Below are positions 13,079 to 25,052 of a stretch of 64,000 bases of DNA, piece after piece. Source of the DNA: Octopus vulgaris. Taxonomy: Eukaryota. The notes beneath the pieces were generated by a model. It saw only the letters and a program-made list of their open reading frames with translations. It was not told the DNA's origin and made no database searches. Position numbers and translations under genes: made by a program. Location of the stretch: positions 82,708,001 to 82,772,000 of the forward strand of contig OX597825.1 of NCBI GenBank assembly GCA_951406725.2. The letters are read 5' to 3'. Numbering within the stretch: the first letter of the stretch is position 1; every line of letters starts with the position of its first letter.

Positions 13079-13139
<61 letters not shown>

Positions 13140-13310
13140 TATTGATAATTATAATGACATTAAAAAACACCTTAGGAATGAGCACTCAGGTTCGAAATTT
13201 CCCCAAGACACCTGAAGAAGGTTGGAGGGTATATCAACAAACAAGATGAGGACAAATATCCGTCGAATGTAAATAATGTACATAATTCCTCATCTCTTAA
13301 ATATAGAACT
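12797..13310. mobile_element. Head-to-head pair of family D elements (tRNA-like head, (AAC/AAT)n linker, hammerhead-containing Penelope-type tail)
   Basis: 12797-12998 (-) and 13023-13310 (+) are inverted homologues; B-box gagttcgattcc at 13035-13046; hammerhead motifs at 12851-12898 (-) and 13207-13236 (+). Confidence 0.8.
12851..12898 (-). ncRNA. Minimal type I hammerhead ribozyme motif (C3-G8 class), mutated at U4
   Basis: ACAC-CCGAAGA-A-GGCTG[gagggtatat]CAGCC-GAAA-TG-TT-GTCTT; perfect 5-bp stem II; the sister copy at 13212 has CTGAAGA and the copy near 42560 has GAAACGTT. Confidence 0.7.
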
Positions 13311-13355
13311 CTATTCTAAAATACATTTCAGAATAATTGTGTGGTATATGTATAT

Positions 13356-13592
13356 ATAGGAGGTTGCAAACGTAGGTATACTGTAAGGATTGTGATAGTA
13401 TTATAATAGGGAATCAAGAATTCATATAATACTACAATTCATTAAAATTATCAAACTCTTTATCACTATTTTTAGTATTTCTATTTTTTACATTTCTTTA
13501 ATAAAATGCATCCATTATTTCCAAGCAATGAAATACGTTTTGCGCTCAGGATTTGTGTTCCATAATTGTATACCTACTTCTGCAGCCCGCTG
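13356..13592. mobile_element. Tc1/mariner-type MITE
   Basis: Imperfect TIRs taggaggttgcaaacgtaggtatac and gtatacctacttctgcagcccgctg, flanked by TA. Confidence 0.6.
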
Positions 13593-13627
13593 TATGTATG
13601 TATACATGCATACATATATACACACAT

Positions 13628-13845
13628 ACAAGGTCCATACATTCTGTGTGAGATGGGTGCCAAGAGCTTACCAAAGACCCAAATCGCAATTGTGTGGAGG
13701 TATGTCAAAATTCATTCCACCGATACAACGATGAAAATGAGATGTTTCGAAGAGAATAGCTACATGGTATGAGGTCTCAGCCTAATTCTTCGAGCCAGAA
13801 TCCAATGGACAGAATATGGAATGAAAATATCAGCATCGCCAGAGA
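13628..13845 (+). mobile_element. Mariner transposase relic
   Basis: FCVRWVPR (WVPHEL-like linker), then LTKDPNRNCVEVCQ...RRIATWYE...FEPESNGQNME matching RIVTGDE...PESKRQS; frameshifted. Confidence 0.75.
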
Positions 13846-13864
13846 AATATATATATATGATTGA

Positions 13865-14520
13865 CTTTCTTATCCCAAATATTACTCCAGAACTTTCTAG
13901 CTTCTTCTGCTTTAGGTTTCTCATCTTCAGTACTCCGTTCACTACTATTTATTTAGTTATAAAGTCACCTCAGGTCTGTCTCAACTAATCTATTCATTTG
14001 ACACTAATCTATTCTTTTCTGATATCAAGAGAGCTTACCTGCTACTGCTACGATACGCCGATTCAGCTCTTCTATTACTGTCGAAAATCTTTTCTCTTTG
14101 ACTAAGTATCTTTTCTCAAGGGAAGTTTTGCATTTTGTGTTTCCTAACATGTTCAGTTTCTAGACTTCTGTTCAGTTCCGATCTTGTCTTAAAGTCTTCA
14201 CTTAAGTCGCTGGTGCCAGTTGTCCCTTCCTCATTGGTAGCTTTATTATCATTTTAACTTTAGGTTCTTCTTTGGTTTGAGCTGTATTTCTTACGTTGTT
14301 GTTTGTCTTTCCTACTGCCTGGTCTTCCTTTCCAGTTCTCTTGTGATCTCTTCTACTTCCAATTCAGTAATCCACTTTCTTCTTCTAATAGTATTAGCTT
14401 GATTAACTAATCTCTGCCCAGTCACTTTAAACATATCCTCTCTACCCAAAGTGTTAACATCCGTTTTCTATAGCCCCTTGTTTTAGGTTCTCATTTTAAG
14501 TAGCTCTGCACCACTATATT
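13865..14520 (-). mobile_element. R4/Dong-like non-LTR retrotransposon N-terminal relic
   Basis: EPKTRGYRKRMLTLWVER, QRLVNQANTIRRRKWITELEVEEI, VIEELNRRIVAVAGK, PKAEEARKFWSNIWD; many in-frame stops. Confidence 0.7.
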
Positions 14521-14521
14521 G

Positions 14522-14551
14522 TTTTCAGGCCTTGTACCTTTAATGGAAAGG

Positions 14552-14638
<87 letters not shown>

Positions 14639-14640
14639 GT
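14522..14640 (+). repeat. Old SINE-A-type 3' tail followed by (ATT)n
   Basis: tttcaggccttgtacctttaatggaaagg resembles the tail at 7088-7113 and runs directly into (ATT)n. Confidence 0.7.
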
Positions 14641-15121
14641 CATTAATGTCTTTGTTCTTGATTTTTATGGTGATGGTGACAATGATGATGATGGTGATGA
14701 TAATGATAAAGATGAGAATGTTGATGTTGATGGTAAACATGACACTTGTTGATGGTAATGATGATGATGGTTTGTAGACAACGATGATCATGACGACGAC
14801 GATGATAATAGTAATGATACTGATGTTATCTACTGCCAAAGTTTTCTCATTAGCTGGGAAATATTCTCAACTCGATTCTCTCTCTTTTTTGTGTATTATT
14901 TAGCATTCTATGTTAACCTAAGTGGCCTCATATTTATAATCGTAGCAAACGCTTCCAAAACAAACACTTGAAAATATAGGGAAGAATGGAGAGTTGCATT
15001 TGTACTTTTGTTCGCAGTCCGTTCGTTGCCAGACAAGTAACTTGTATACATCAGTATTTCAAAGAAATTATGGACAGACTTTCGAGCTTTCCGAGCTGTC
15101 ATATTCTTGTTTAAATGACAG

Positions 15122-15192
15122 TCAGACATTTTCTTGCAATTCGGAACGAAAGTAATCACTTAAGCTTTTACCATTATTAGATGCCTTGTTTT
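15122..15192 (-). CDS. Candidate terminal exon of the minus-strand gene
   Basis: Strong acceptor tttcttttttattccagccag|; phase-1 frame [26 protein letters not shown], compatible with the phase-1 donor at 16782. Confidence 0.3.
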
Positions 15193-15325
15193 CTGGCTGG
15201 AATAAAAAAGAAACATTGTATCGTGTGATTTAATGTTTGAAAGCAAATATGTGGGAGAAGCAACAATATAGCTGTGCTCTGGTGATTGTTATTGCAGAAA
15301 GGAGCATGTACCTTGGGTTTGGATT

Positions 15326-15676
15326 TACATACATACATACATACATACAAACATACATACATACATACATACATACATACATAAATACATACAAACATAC
15401 ATACATACATACATACATACATACATGCAAACATACATACATACATATATACATACATACATACATATATACATACATACATCCATACATACATACATAC
15501 ATACATCCATACATACATACATCCATACATACATACATGCATCCATCCATACATCCATACATACATCCATCCATACATCATACATACATACATACATCCA
15601 TACATACATCCATCCATCCATCCATCCATCCATCCATCCATCCATCCATCCATCCATCCATACATACATACATACA

Positions 15677-15708
<32 letters not shown>

Positions 15709-15720
15709 CATACACACATA
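15326..15720. repeat. (TACA)n/(TCCA)n compound microsatellite
   Basis: Directly visible. Confidence 0.95.
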
Positions 15721-16098
15721 ATATGATGCTGATGGCTGCCCACTCGTTATTTAGTATGGCCATTGCACGAAGCTTAACTTTTATTGGTGCTGTAAACCAG
15801 AGATTATCCATAATCCTAATCTACATCTACAACATAGTTTTTTTTTTATTCCTGAACGTTTTGCTGGTTTACTTCACTTTGTTGCGTAACTTGGAGCTCG
15901 CAAATTTATTAGTAAAGATTTGAGAGTCTCTTTTTAGATGTTACCAACTGTCCTTTTTTCCCTTAAAACCATCCTGGTGTTTTCAGCATGAGAATGTCGT
16001 CCAGATATTTTCATTTAATAATCTTTTAGAAACTAAAAGTATACATTGATAAATTGAGTAATTTATGGATTTATCACTGTATGGCGTAGAACATGTTA

Positions 16099-16332
16099 AG
16101 GTGGCTAGCTGGCAAAAACGTTAGCACGCCGGGCGAAATGCTTAGCAGTGTTTCGTCTGCCGTTACGTTCTGATTTCGAATTCCGGCGAGGTCCACTTTG
16201 CCTTTTATCCTTTCGGGGTCGATAAATTAAGTACCAGTTACATACTGGGTTCGATGTAATCGACTTAATCCATTTGTCTGTCTTTGTGTATCCCCCCTGT
16301 GTTTAGCCCCTTGTGGGTAGTAAAGAAATAGG
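16099..16332 (+). mobile_element. SINE family A, full length with ~15-bp TSD
   Basis: Family A consensus; flanks ggcgtagaacatgtt (16083-16097) and ggtatagaacatgtt (16331-16345). Confidence 0.9.
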
Positions 16333-16781
16333 TATAGAACATGTTTATTATTTCAGCATCGTTGTTGACCTGTTAGTGTCCACTTGCCTGAGCCGATGCA
16401 CTGTCTAAATTTTATTGCAGCTTTTCCTCTCCAGTAGAATTATTCTGAATATCACCCAAGAATTTATGCAACGGAATAATAAAAGAAAACCAATACTCTT
16501 TAAATATCAACACGCTTAAACACAATAAACTCAATATCTACAATTATAAAACACCATAGGTGTCTAATGTATATTATCTGGAGAGTGGGCGATTGTTACC
16601 CCCACCTCATCACAAACATCCACAGGGGCATTAATAGCGCTCAAGTAATACAACGCGTTAAACCATTTCTTATTTAATTAAGAACCAGCAGCGGAAGCTT
16701 TATTTCTAAAAGCTTGGATATCTCGAAGTTGTCAGAGCTAATACAACCTAGTTCTGTCTCTATTATAAACTTGTTGCTTAC

Positions 16782-16936
16782 CATTTTCTTCAATTCTTTG
16801 ATTTCCTCCATTGCTGCGTTTCACCACAAAACATTTTATTACCCATTCCATTGCGATCTCTTTAAATCGCAATAAATACACATCACTACCTTCAAAATTC
16901 CTGATGCATTTACGCCTAGCTATCATGATAGCAACC
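16782..16936 (-). CDS. Candidate exon of the minus-strand gene
   Basis: Open frame VAIMIARRKCIRNFEGSDVYLLRFKEIAMEWVIKCFVVKRSNGGNQRIEEN; strong donor G|gtaagc; weak acceptor; CFVVK also occurs in exon 37857-38120. Confidence 0.4.
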
Positions 16937-16983
16937 CTTTGAATTATTATATCACGGAATGTTGTTATCCCAATATCATCGAT

Positions 16984-17033
<50 letters not shown>

Positions 17034-17096
17034 TTAAATCTTACCACCGTAGCGCTAGCCTCTTAATTTGTTATTATTCCATTTTCTAGTTCACAG

Positions 17097-17159
17097 ATAG
17101 GGTCACGTACTACTGTAGATTATTACAACACCTAGAAACGGTGGTGGAAAATACAGGCT
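17097..17159 (+). CDS. Candidate plus-strand exon (phase 1-1)
   Basis: ttttctagttcacag| acceptor, T|gtaagt donor, 63 nt open (RVTYYCRLLQHLETVVENTG). Confidence 0.3.
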
Positions 17160-17796
17160 GTAAGTTAACATCGTGAAGGTGAGTGGCTTTTTTCAACGGC
17201 ACACATCGAATTCATTATTCAGTTTTACTGCACATTTTGGATGTATCAAGAAAAACTGGCAACCGAAACAAATTCTGTTGTGATGCGTATAGTGGTTACT
17301 GTCAAGTTGTGCACACTGCTACAATATCGAATGTATTTACTGGTTTGAAATAATTATACCTCAAAATTAAACAATTCTAATTTAAACTAGAACGACCGCA
17401 CGCAAACGCCGTTGGTGAATGTGTATTATTGGAGTTGTAGATAAATTATAGCAAGGCATGTATCGCGGAACGCAATGAACAGAGTTAGTGAAAATAACAC
17501 CATTTTTAGTTTGTTAATTTACTATGAATTCCTGCATTAATATTCACACGATCAAACATAATTTCCTGAGAAGGAAGTGTGAATGCGGATAATAAAAAAT
17601 GAGTCACTTATAAGTAAAGATTTGAATATAGATAGAAAAAAACACGAAGAGAACTAGGTAAAACAGCACACATATTATATATCTTAAAGAGTGGATTACA
17701 TGGAATCAACAATAGAATGGGTACTGTTAAAGAGAAGCTAGATTTTGAGTTAGCAACTCAAAAATCCTACAACTTTTCTGTATCTCCTCGTATAAT

Positions 17797-18015
17797 CAAG
17801 GGGATGCGGAAAAGTTCCTTGCTTTCGGTAAACAAAAAATACAGTAGGATCAGTTAATTATGATTTTATTCAACGTATTCCTCTTTTAGATTTACATACT
17901 TATTGTAGCGGTGCTTCAGTTTTTATAAGCCATGTAAAAGAACTCGGAAATTTGGGCCACTAACTAGGCCTTTTGCGACATACGAAAAGCATGGAACCTT
18001 TAAGCACTCCCTCAT
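17797..18015 (-). mobile_element. Mariner-derived MITE
   Basis: TIRs caaggggatgcggaaaagttcc and ggaacctttaagcactccctca; body homologous to 11115-11328. Confidence 0.7.
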
Positions 18016-19121
18016 ACCTACGTATAATTCTGTGACCAAAGTGGAGATAACTCTTCTTGCATCTCACGGTCTGTGTCTGTAAGTGGCGGTGCGAGCTGAT
18101 ATAGTAGCATACAGATCATTTGTCAACAAACGGGATGTATTTTCTCTGACAAAATGCAGTGAGTAGCTTATTCACCGGTTCGAACGTGCATCTAGCATAT
18201 TCGAACTGATAATAACATTCATATATATTTATATATATATACGACACGATCTGTGTCCTTATATTTGCGAACAAGGGAATCTAGCACCCCCACTCAGCTC
18301 AAATCAATATCTGTCTCAAACCAGGACTGCCATGTTATGTTGGCAAACAATCTTGACTACTATGTAATTTAGTAATGAAAATGACTATTTAAATTTCTTC
18401 GTTTTAGCGCTCAGAATTAAATTTGGTTGTGTTTTCAATGAAAAGATTTTATAGAAATGTATCCATCAAAACATCGCAGCATTTACCATTCAAATTAATC
18501 TTTTAAAATTAGTACGATATGTATTTCACAGGTTTCTCAAATTCAAGTGAACTAAATTAGTTAAATTCCAAACGAAATTTGCTTGTATGACAAAGAAGCG
18601 GATCTGGTTATGTATAGAATATTCAACAGCTACAGATGCTTTCACTAGTGTAAACATTATAAAAAGGGTATCTTCTTAGTTTCTGTAATTAATGGTAAAT
18701 TCTGGAAAATATGGCTTCAAAAACTTCTTGAAATGAATAAAGTTAAGTTTTCTACCAAACACATTACACAAGACACGGTTTCTTTATATCATAAATAATT
18801 ACTTCAGTATAAGGATAGCTTGCATGAATCACAAGTGATATTCCAAATTAGTTTTTCTTTATTTTATATATCTCCAACATTGCAGGTGTTTTAGAAGGTT
18901 TGGATTTCATCAGCATGGAATCGAAAATAAACATTCTTCATCCAATTAACAAAGGCATACTAATTTGTGCAATTTATAAAATTTCGAAATTTATATAATA
19001 CATATGCAACTATTCACCGGCAAACAATTCTTTAGATTTTCCTAATTTCTGTTTGTTTTGTTTTTTGTTTTGTTTTCAGAATGAAAAACTAATATAGAAC
19101 TGAACTTAAATAACGTCTTGT

Positions 19122-19172
<51 letters not shown>

Positions 19173-19189
19173 TGTGTGTGTGTGTGTGT

Positions 19190-19230
<41 letters not shown>

Positions 19231-19378
19231 AAATAAGGGTAGAAATTTCATATTAATCAATTAAAACCAGTGGCCTAGCATATTTTAAAAAACCCAGAAG
19301 ATTAAACATTTTTTTACATACAAAATTTAGAGGACTGACCACTAAAAAAATGGACAGCCTATATACTAGATATAGACG

Positions 19379-19450
<72 letters not shown>

Positions 19451-19595
19451 ACAGAAAGGGAGAGAAACAATGTGGGAAACAATGTGTGATAGATAAATGC
19501 ATAGCACGAATAAACAAGCAGAACATGTTTATAATGGAAACAAAATTACAGAGTTGCTATAGCATATAATGAATTAAGAAATAAAGTATAAGATA

Positions 19596-19686
19596 TCTTA
19601 CGGCTGTTTCTAGAACAGATATACATGTGGTGCATATGTTGTAGAACACAGATCTTCATATAAGCCCACTACGCCGTCCTCAGAGA
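19596..19686 (-). ncRNA. Degenerate hammerhead motif with a long stem II region
   Basis: TCT-CTGAGGA-(66 nt)-GAAA-CAGCCG-TA-AGA; near-palindromic stem III (ACAGCYGT); stem II pairing poor. Confidence 0.4.
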
Positions 19687-19784
19687 GGAACCATTCATGA
19701 ATATCCGTAATATAGTCTACAGATTTCGTGGTGAATAAACAAGGGTACTTATCGTAAGTACTGATATATATATATATCTTTTCA

Positions 19785-20402
19785 TTCCGAGGAGTGCAGC
19801 CATGCTGGAGCATCGCCGTTTGCTTTGCTAGACTTTTACTAAAAATCCTCTGATATGTGACATGTGGTGGATGAGGGAGTTTGGCGTTGCTGCGCCTATC
19901 TGCGTTTCTTGCCTTCGGAGAGGTGCGAGCCCTTCTAGCCTGACCTGTTGCACTATCTATTCTTGTATCCTGATGGCAATTTGGGGATTTTTGGTACTAC
20001 GCAGTGGCACCCCGTTCTGCTGACAATGCTAAAGTTTGGTACAAGTTTTTCTAGGATTTTCTACATATATATTATTGCATATCTTTCCCGTCTTCGTTTT
20101 AGGGAGTAAAGTCTTAACTCTTCCAGTCTCTCCCAGTAGCTGATATGTCGCATTGCGTCAAACTTCTTTGTGTATCTTCAATGGATCGCCTCGAGTCCCG
20201 TCATTAATTTTTCACTGTTGCGAACCACAGTTGGGAGCAGTAATTCAGACGACTGAGAACGAAAATCCTCCAGAAGACCATCATGGTTTCCTTTGCTCTC
20301 GTTTTGAAACTTCGAAGATCCATCAGGCGTAGCACCTGCATTTTATCTCTAACTTGGTCACGTGCACCTGGAAAGGTGCATCGTTACTCATATTGATGCC
20401 CA
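19785..20402 (-). mobile_element. CR1/L2-group LINE 3' fragment (RT thumb region to 3' tail)
   Basis: GINMSND...RSFKTR...FVLSRLNYCSQLW...SYWERLEELRLYSLKRRRERYAIIY; ends with the same 3' UTR and tail as 2400-2545. Confidence 0.88.
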
Positions 20403-20403
20403 T

Positions 20404-20742
20404 ACATACATATAAGAGGGATGACCACTAAGTAGACAATCATTATGCTAGAAATCGCCCCTCTATGGTCTTGCGACTAAGACAGGAATATTTTCAAGAA
20501 CATTTAGCAAAAGCCAGAACGTAAGTGGGCAAGACAAATGAAAAGATACAAAATATAAAGATTAATCAGAAACCAGTTACGTTCTTACCAATTACATAAA
20601 TGGTAACATTTGTCTTGCTCGCTTACATTCTGGTGTTTACTAAATTTCCTTGAGAACATTCCTTTCTTAGTGGTAAGACCATAGGAGGTCAACTTCTAGC
20701 ATAATATATGTCCACTTAGTGGTCATCCCTCTCATATGCATG
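20404..20742. repeat. Palindromic element with ~135-bp diverged arms
   Basis: gaggggatgaccactaagt...gggcaagacaaatg versus catttgtcttgctc...acttagtggtcatcccctc; a related single-arm sequence lies at about 19320-19378. Confidence 0.85.
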
Positions 20743-20890
20743 TAATGTAATTCTTCTGAATATTAAGACTTTTCAAAATGCTAGACGACTTGTTTTAAAT
20801 TGATATTAATCAAATTAATATTCAATTTTTCAACCTTATTATTATAATTATTATTATTATTATTATTACTATTATTATTATTATTATTAC

Positions 20891-20945
<55 letters not shown>

Positions 20946-21265
20946 ATTTGTTATTATATATATATATATATATATATAAATCTGTATATACGTAGATAAG
21001 CACATACTTGGGTATAAGAAAAAATTAAATCTTCAGGTACGCCCACACATTTATACATATACGTGACAGGTGTTTGAATATATGTATTAATGTTTGTTTT
21101 GAGACATGAACATTAATATCTGACGTAGATACATGAGTTTTGCTAAACGACAAATGAATGCTACAATTTATTCTGCAAATTAGGAAAAATTTCCCCCAAC
21201 TCCAATAAAACCCGAAAAAGAAAAAAACATAATCAAACAATAAACAAAACGAAGACAACAGGCAA

Positions 21266-21630
21266 AGGCGTAGCTGTGTGGTAAGACGATTCCCTCTCAA
21301 CTACAGGGTTACGCGGTCAGTCCCACTGTGGCACCTTCGGCAAATGTCTTCTACTATAGCTTCGGGGAGACCAAAACCGAAAGTGAAAGTAATCCGTCGT
21401 ATATCCATCCACTCATGCATCTACATACATGGTTGCGCGCGCATCACGTGCGTGTTTCTCCCCCCTCGCCGCTTGATAAGCAGTGTTGCTGTGTTTATGC
21501 CCCCATAAACACAGAATAAGTACTAGACTAAAATGAAATAAATCCTCGGGTCGATTTGTACGACGAAAATCCCGTGAAGGCGCTGCTCCAGCATGACTGC
21601 ATTCACATAGTTCAAACAAATAGAAGGATG
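21266..21630 (+). mobile_element. SINE family B, diverged full-length copy
   Basis: gctgtgtggtaag head, gtcttctactatagc, ggcgctgctccagcatgactgc tail. Confidence 0.8.
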
Positions 21631-21906
21631 AAAAAAAGATAAAAAACCAAAAAAATAAAAATAAAAAACCAAAAACAAAAAATGAAAGATGCACAATAAA
21701 ACCAAATGTTTGGCTTCGGTTGAAGACAAATTCTCTCTTGTTTACCAAAGGTCTTTTTCCTGGTAATCTTTCACATTGCTAAACGTGCTTAATTAGCTCT
21801 CGGTTTCATTAAGTACGCACATTGTTATTAATACTGTATCAATTTGTAAATTTCTCTCTTTCAAACTTCATTTCTCTGTCTCTCATACTATTACTTCTCT
21901 CATTGT

Positions 21907-21963
<57 letters not shown>

Positions 21964-22199
21964 TATATACATATATATATCTGCCTATATATCTATCTAT
22001 GTGTATATCTATGTGTGTGTGTGAGCGTGTGTGTGTATATATAGGTGGAATTTACAACAAAAAAAAACAAGATACGAAGACGAGGGTGTAAACAACAAAC
22101 AGATGTATATATATATGCATATATATATATGTATATGTATACATGTATATATGAATATATCTATCTTTATCTTTATATCTACCTCTCTCTCTCTCTCTC

Positions 22200-22248
<49 letters not shown>

Positions 22249-22303
22249 ATATATATGTATGTATATATTTATATATGCTTTGTTTTCTGTTTTTCCTTAA
22301 TAG

Positions 22304-22473
22304 AAGTTGAAGAAGGAGCGACATTATGTTTGCATTGCGGTGTATATTTATATCGTAATTGTTTATTTATACACGATGACTCAGACAAGACGTCTATTAG
22401 CAAAGCAACATCGAGGGAAAGAACAAAATTACATAACGAATTACTTAAAGCTAATACATTAAGAGCAATATAA
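22304..22473 (+). CDS. Candidate plus-strand exon with a CxxC-containing segment
   Basis: Acceptor ttttctgtttttccttaatag|; phase-1 frame [24 protein letters not shown]...ANTLRAI-TAA, 56 codons. Confidence 0.3.
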
Positions 22474-22829
22474 AGACATTATCTAAATATAAGGCATTAT
22501 CTATAGACTGTATGTAACAACACGAGAAAAGGAAGGCGTGTACAACACATTAATACCTCTTATTATTAGCCGCATAAGCTAATCAATTGTTTATACATGT
22601 CTGTGTGATAAGAATATAAATATATATGTATGGGTGTGTGCGTGTGGTGTATGCTTCTGTGCGTAAATGTATATATCCATATATACGCATATATATACAT
22701 ATATATATGTGTGTGTGTGCGTGTGTGTGTGTGTATGTGTATGTGTGTGTGTATGTATGTGTATGTATGCATGTATGTATGTATACCCAATTGGCCATGT
22801 CTGTATCTATGTTTAAATAAAGAAATGAA

Positions 22830-23152
<323 letters not shown>

Positions 23153-23371
23153 ACGGGGGACGTAAATAATGAAATATGTGTGTCTGTGTGTGTTTGTGTT
23201 GAAGGCAATTAAGGAAGCTGGTAAAGGTTCAAGGTTACGATCATCGCAAATGACTCGGGGCACTGTTTAATGACGATGCGTATTGGACTCTACACAATCA
23301 TTTGCATATGAATCCGTACAATAACTAATTAACTACTGTATGAATATATATATATGTGTGTGTGTGTATTT

Positions 23372-23568
23372 TTGTGTCTGTGTTTGCCCCCCCCTCAACC
23401 GCTTGACAACAGATGCTGGTGTGTTTACGTCCCCGTAACGTAGCGTCTCGGCAAAAAAGACCGATATAATAAGTACTAGGCTTCCAAAGAATAAGTCCTG
23501 GGGTCGATTTGCTCAACCATAGACGGTGCTCCAGCATGGCCACAGTCAAATGACTGAAACAAGTAAAA
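23372..23568 (+). mobile_element. SINE family B, 3' half
   Basis: gcttgacaacagatgctggtgtgtttacgtccccg...acggtgctccagcatggccacagtcaaatgactgaaacaagt. Confidence 0.85.
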
Positions 23569-23593
23569 TAATATATATATATATATATACACA

Positions 23594-24142
23594 CAGGGTT
23601 TGGACAAAATAATGGGAACACGTTAAAATTTCAAACGAATTTATATTAATGTGGGGTAGGACAACCTCTGGCAATAATTATAACTTGAATTCTACGAGGT
23701 ATGGACTCATATATGGTTTGAATTGTTTCCAAAGGAATTTTTTTCCACTCTTCCGCTAAAACAGTCTCCAGTTCTAGTAGAGATGATGGTGGAAGATATC
23801 GACTCCTTACTTGTTTTTCTAAAATACGCCATAAATGTTCAATAATATTGAGATCTGCGGACCGTGCTGGCCAGATAAGATGTTCAACTTCACTAGAATG
23901 TTTCTCATAGCATTCCGTAACAAATTTAGCTGTAGGAATTGGGGCATTATCATTCTGAAAGATTGAGTTTCTCACTGGAAACAGTTACGCAACCATAGGA
24001 TGAATTTGATCAAATAAAATGCTTAAATATTCTTGATTATTAATTCTGCCACGAAGGGAAATCATTGGGCCCCCGCATTTTCAAGTTATAGCAAATCATC
24101 GCAGATCCTCCTCCATGCTTACCAGTTGGAAGAAGGCAGAAT
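23594..24142 (-). mobile_element. Tc1-family transposon, 3' half with TIR; catalytic spacing DD36E
   Basis: [12 protein letters not shown]...FQNDNAPIPTA...WPARSADLNIIEHLW...YESIPRRIQVII; 36 residues between D and E; terminal cagggtttggacaaaataatgggaacac; upstream stops. Confidence 0.92.
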
Positions 24143-24177
24143 ATCTATATATATATAGAATATGTATAGTATATATA

Positions 24178-24219
<42 letters not shown>

Positions 24220-24270
24220 AAATATATAAATACATACATATATATATGTAATATATTTATATTTAAAATA

Positions 24271-24328
<58 letters not shown>

Positions 24329-24410
24329 TATAACAAGGTACCGTAAGGTACCACACGAGTGGAAATATATATGAAAGAAGGTTTGAAAATGCAATTTTAA
24401 AATATGTTTA

Positions 24411-24458
24411 TTCACTTGACCGGTTTCACTTTTTTAGAAAAAGATTATCAAAAGTAAA
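24411..24458 (-). ncRNA. Minimal type I hammerhead motif, U3-A8 variant
   Basis: TTTACTT-TTGATAA-T-CTTTTT[cta]AAAAAG-T-GAAA-CCGG-TC-AAGTGAA; 7-bp stem I, palindromic stem III ACCGGT, GUC site, then AATAAA. Confidence 0.7.
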
Positions 24459-24577
24459 ATGTAAAAGCTTTGTTGTGTTAAGTACTGTTTGTCACAAAAT
24501 ATTACAATATATATTTTTATATATAATATCTATATAAGTGTGCAGTTAAATGACTGAAACATGTAAAAGAATAAAAG

Positions 24578-24659
<82 letters not shown>

Positions 24660-24814
24660 AATTTGCCTTATATATAATATCCACATGTTCCTTAAAAAAT
24701 GATAGTACCATTCCTTAATGGTAATCCTTTCCTCGACGAAAGAGTGGGATAAATTCAGTCTATGTAGATTCGCGAATTCAAATGCTCAACGTCTGATCTC
24801 GTTTTCCATTTCAG

Positions 24815-25052
24815 TGCAAGAACTACATCTTCCACGGTGGACAGAGAAAAAATCGCAGCTAACAAATCAATTTCCGAGATATTGTGATGCTTTTCCTTGT
24901 ATCTATCAACAAATACAAAAAGGTAAATTTTTGTCTACGTTATCAACTGAACACTAAGATTATCTCTAACTCTGAATATTTTAATTTCAGATCTGAAAAA
25001 TACGCAACTCTTTATGTATGCAACAAAAATCAATACAGTGGAAATATATTAA
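24815..25052 (+). CDS. Two candidate plus-strand exons (24815-24922 and 24991-25052) split by a 68-bp intron
   Basis: ttttccatttcag| ... AAAG|gtaaat ... ctaac branch point ... ttttaatttcag|; phase-1 frame VQELHLPRWTEKK...IYQQIQK/DLKNTQLFMYATKINTVEIY*. Confidence 0.35.
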
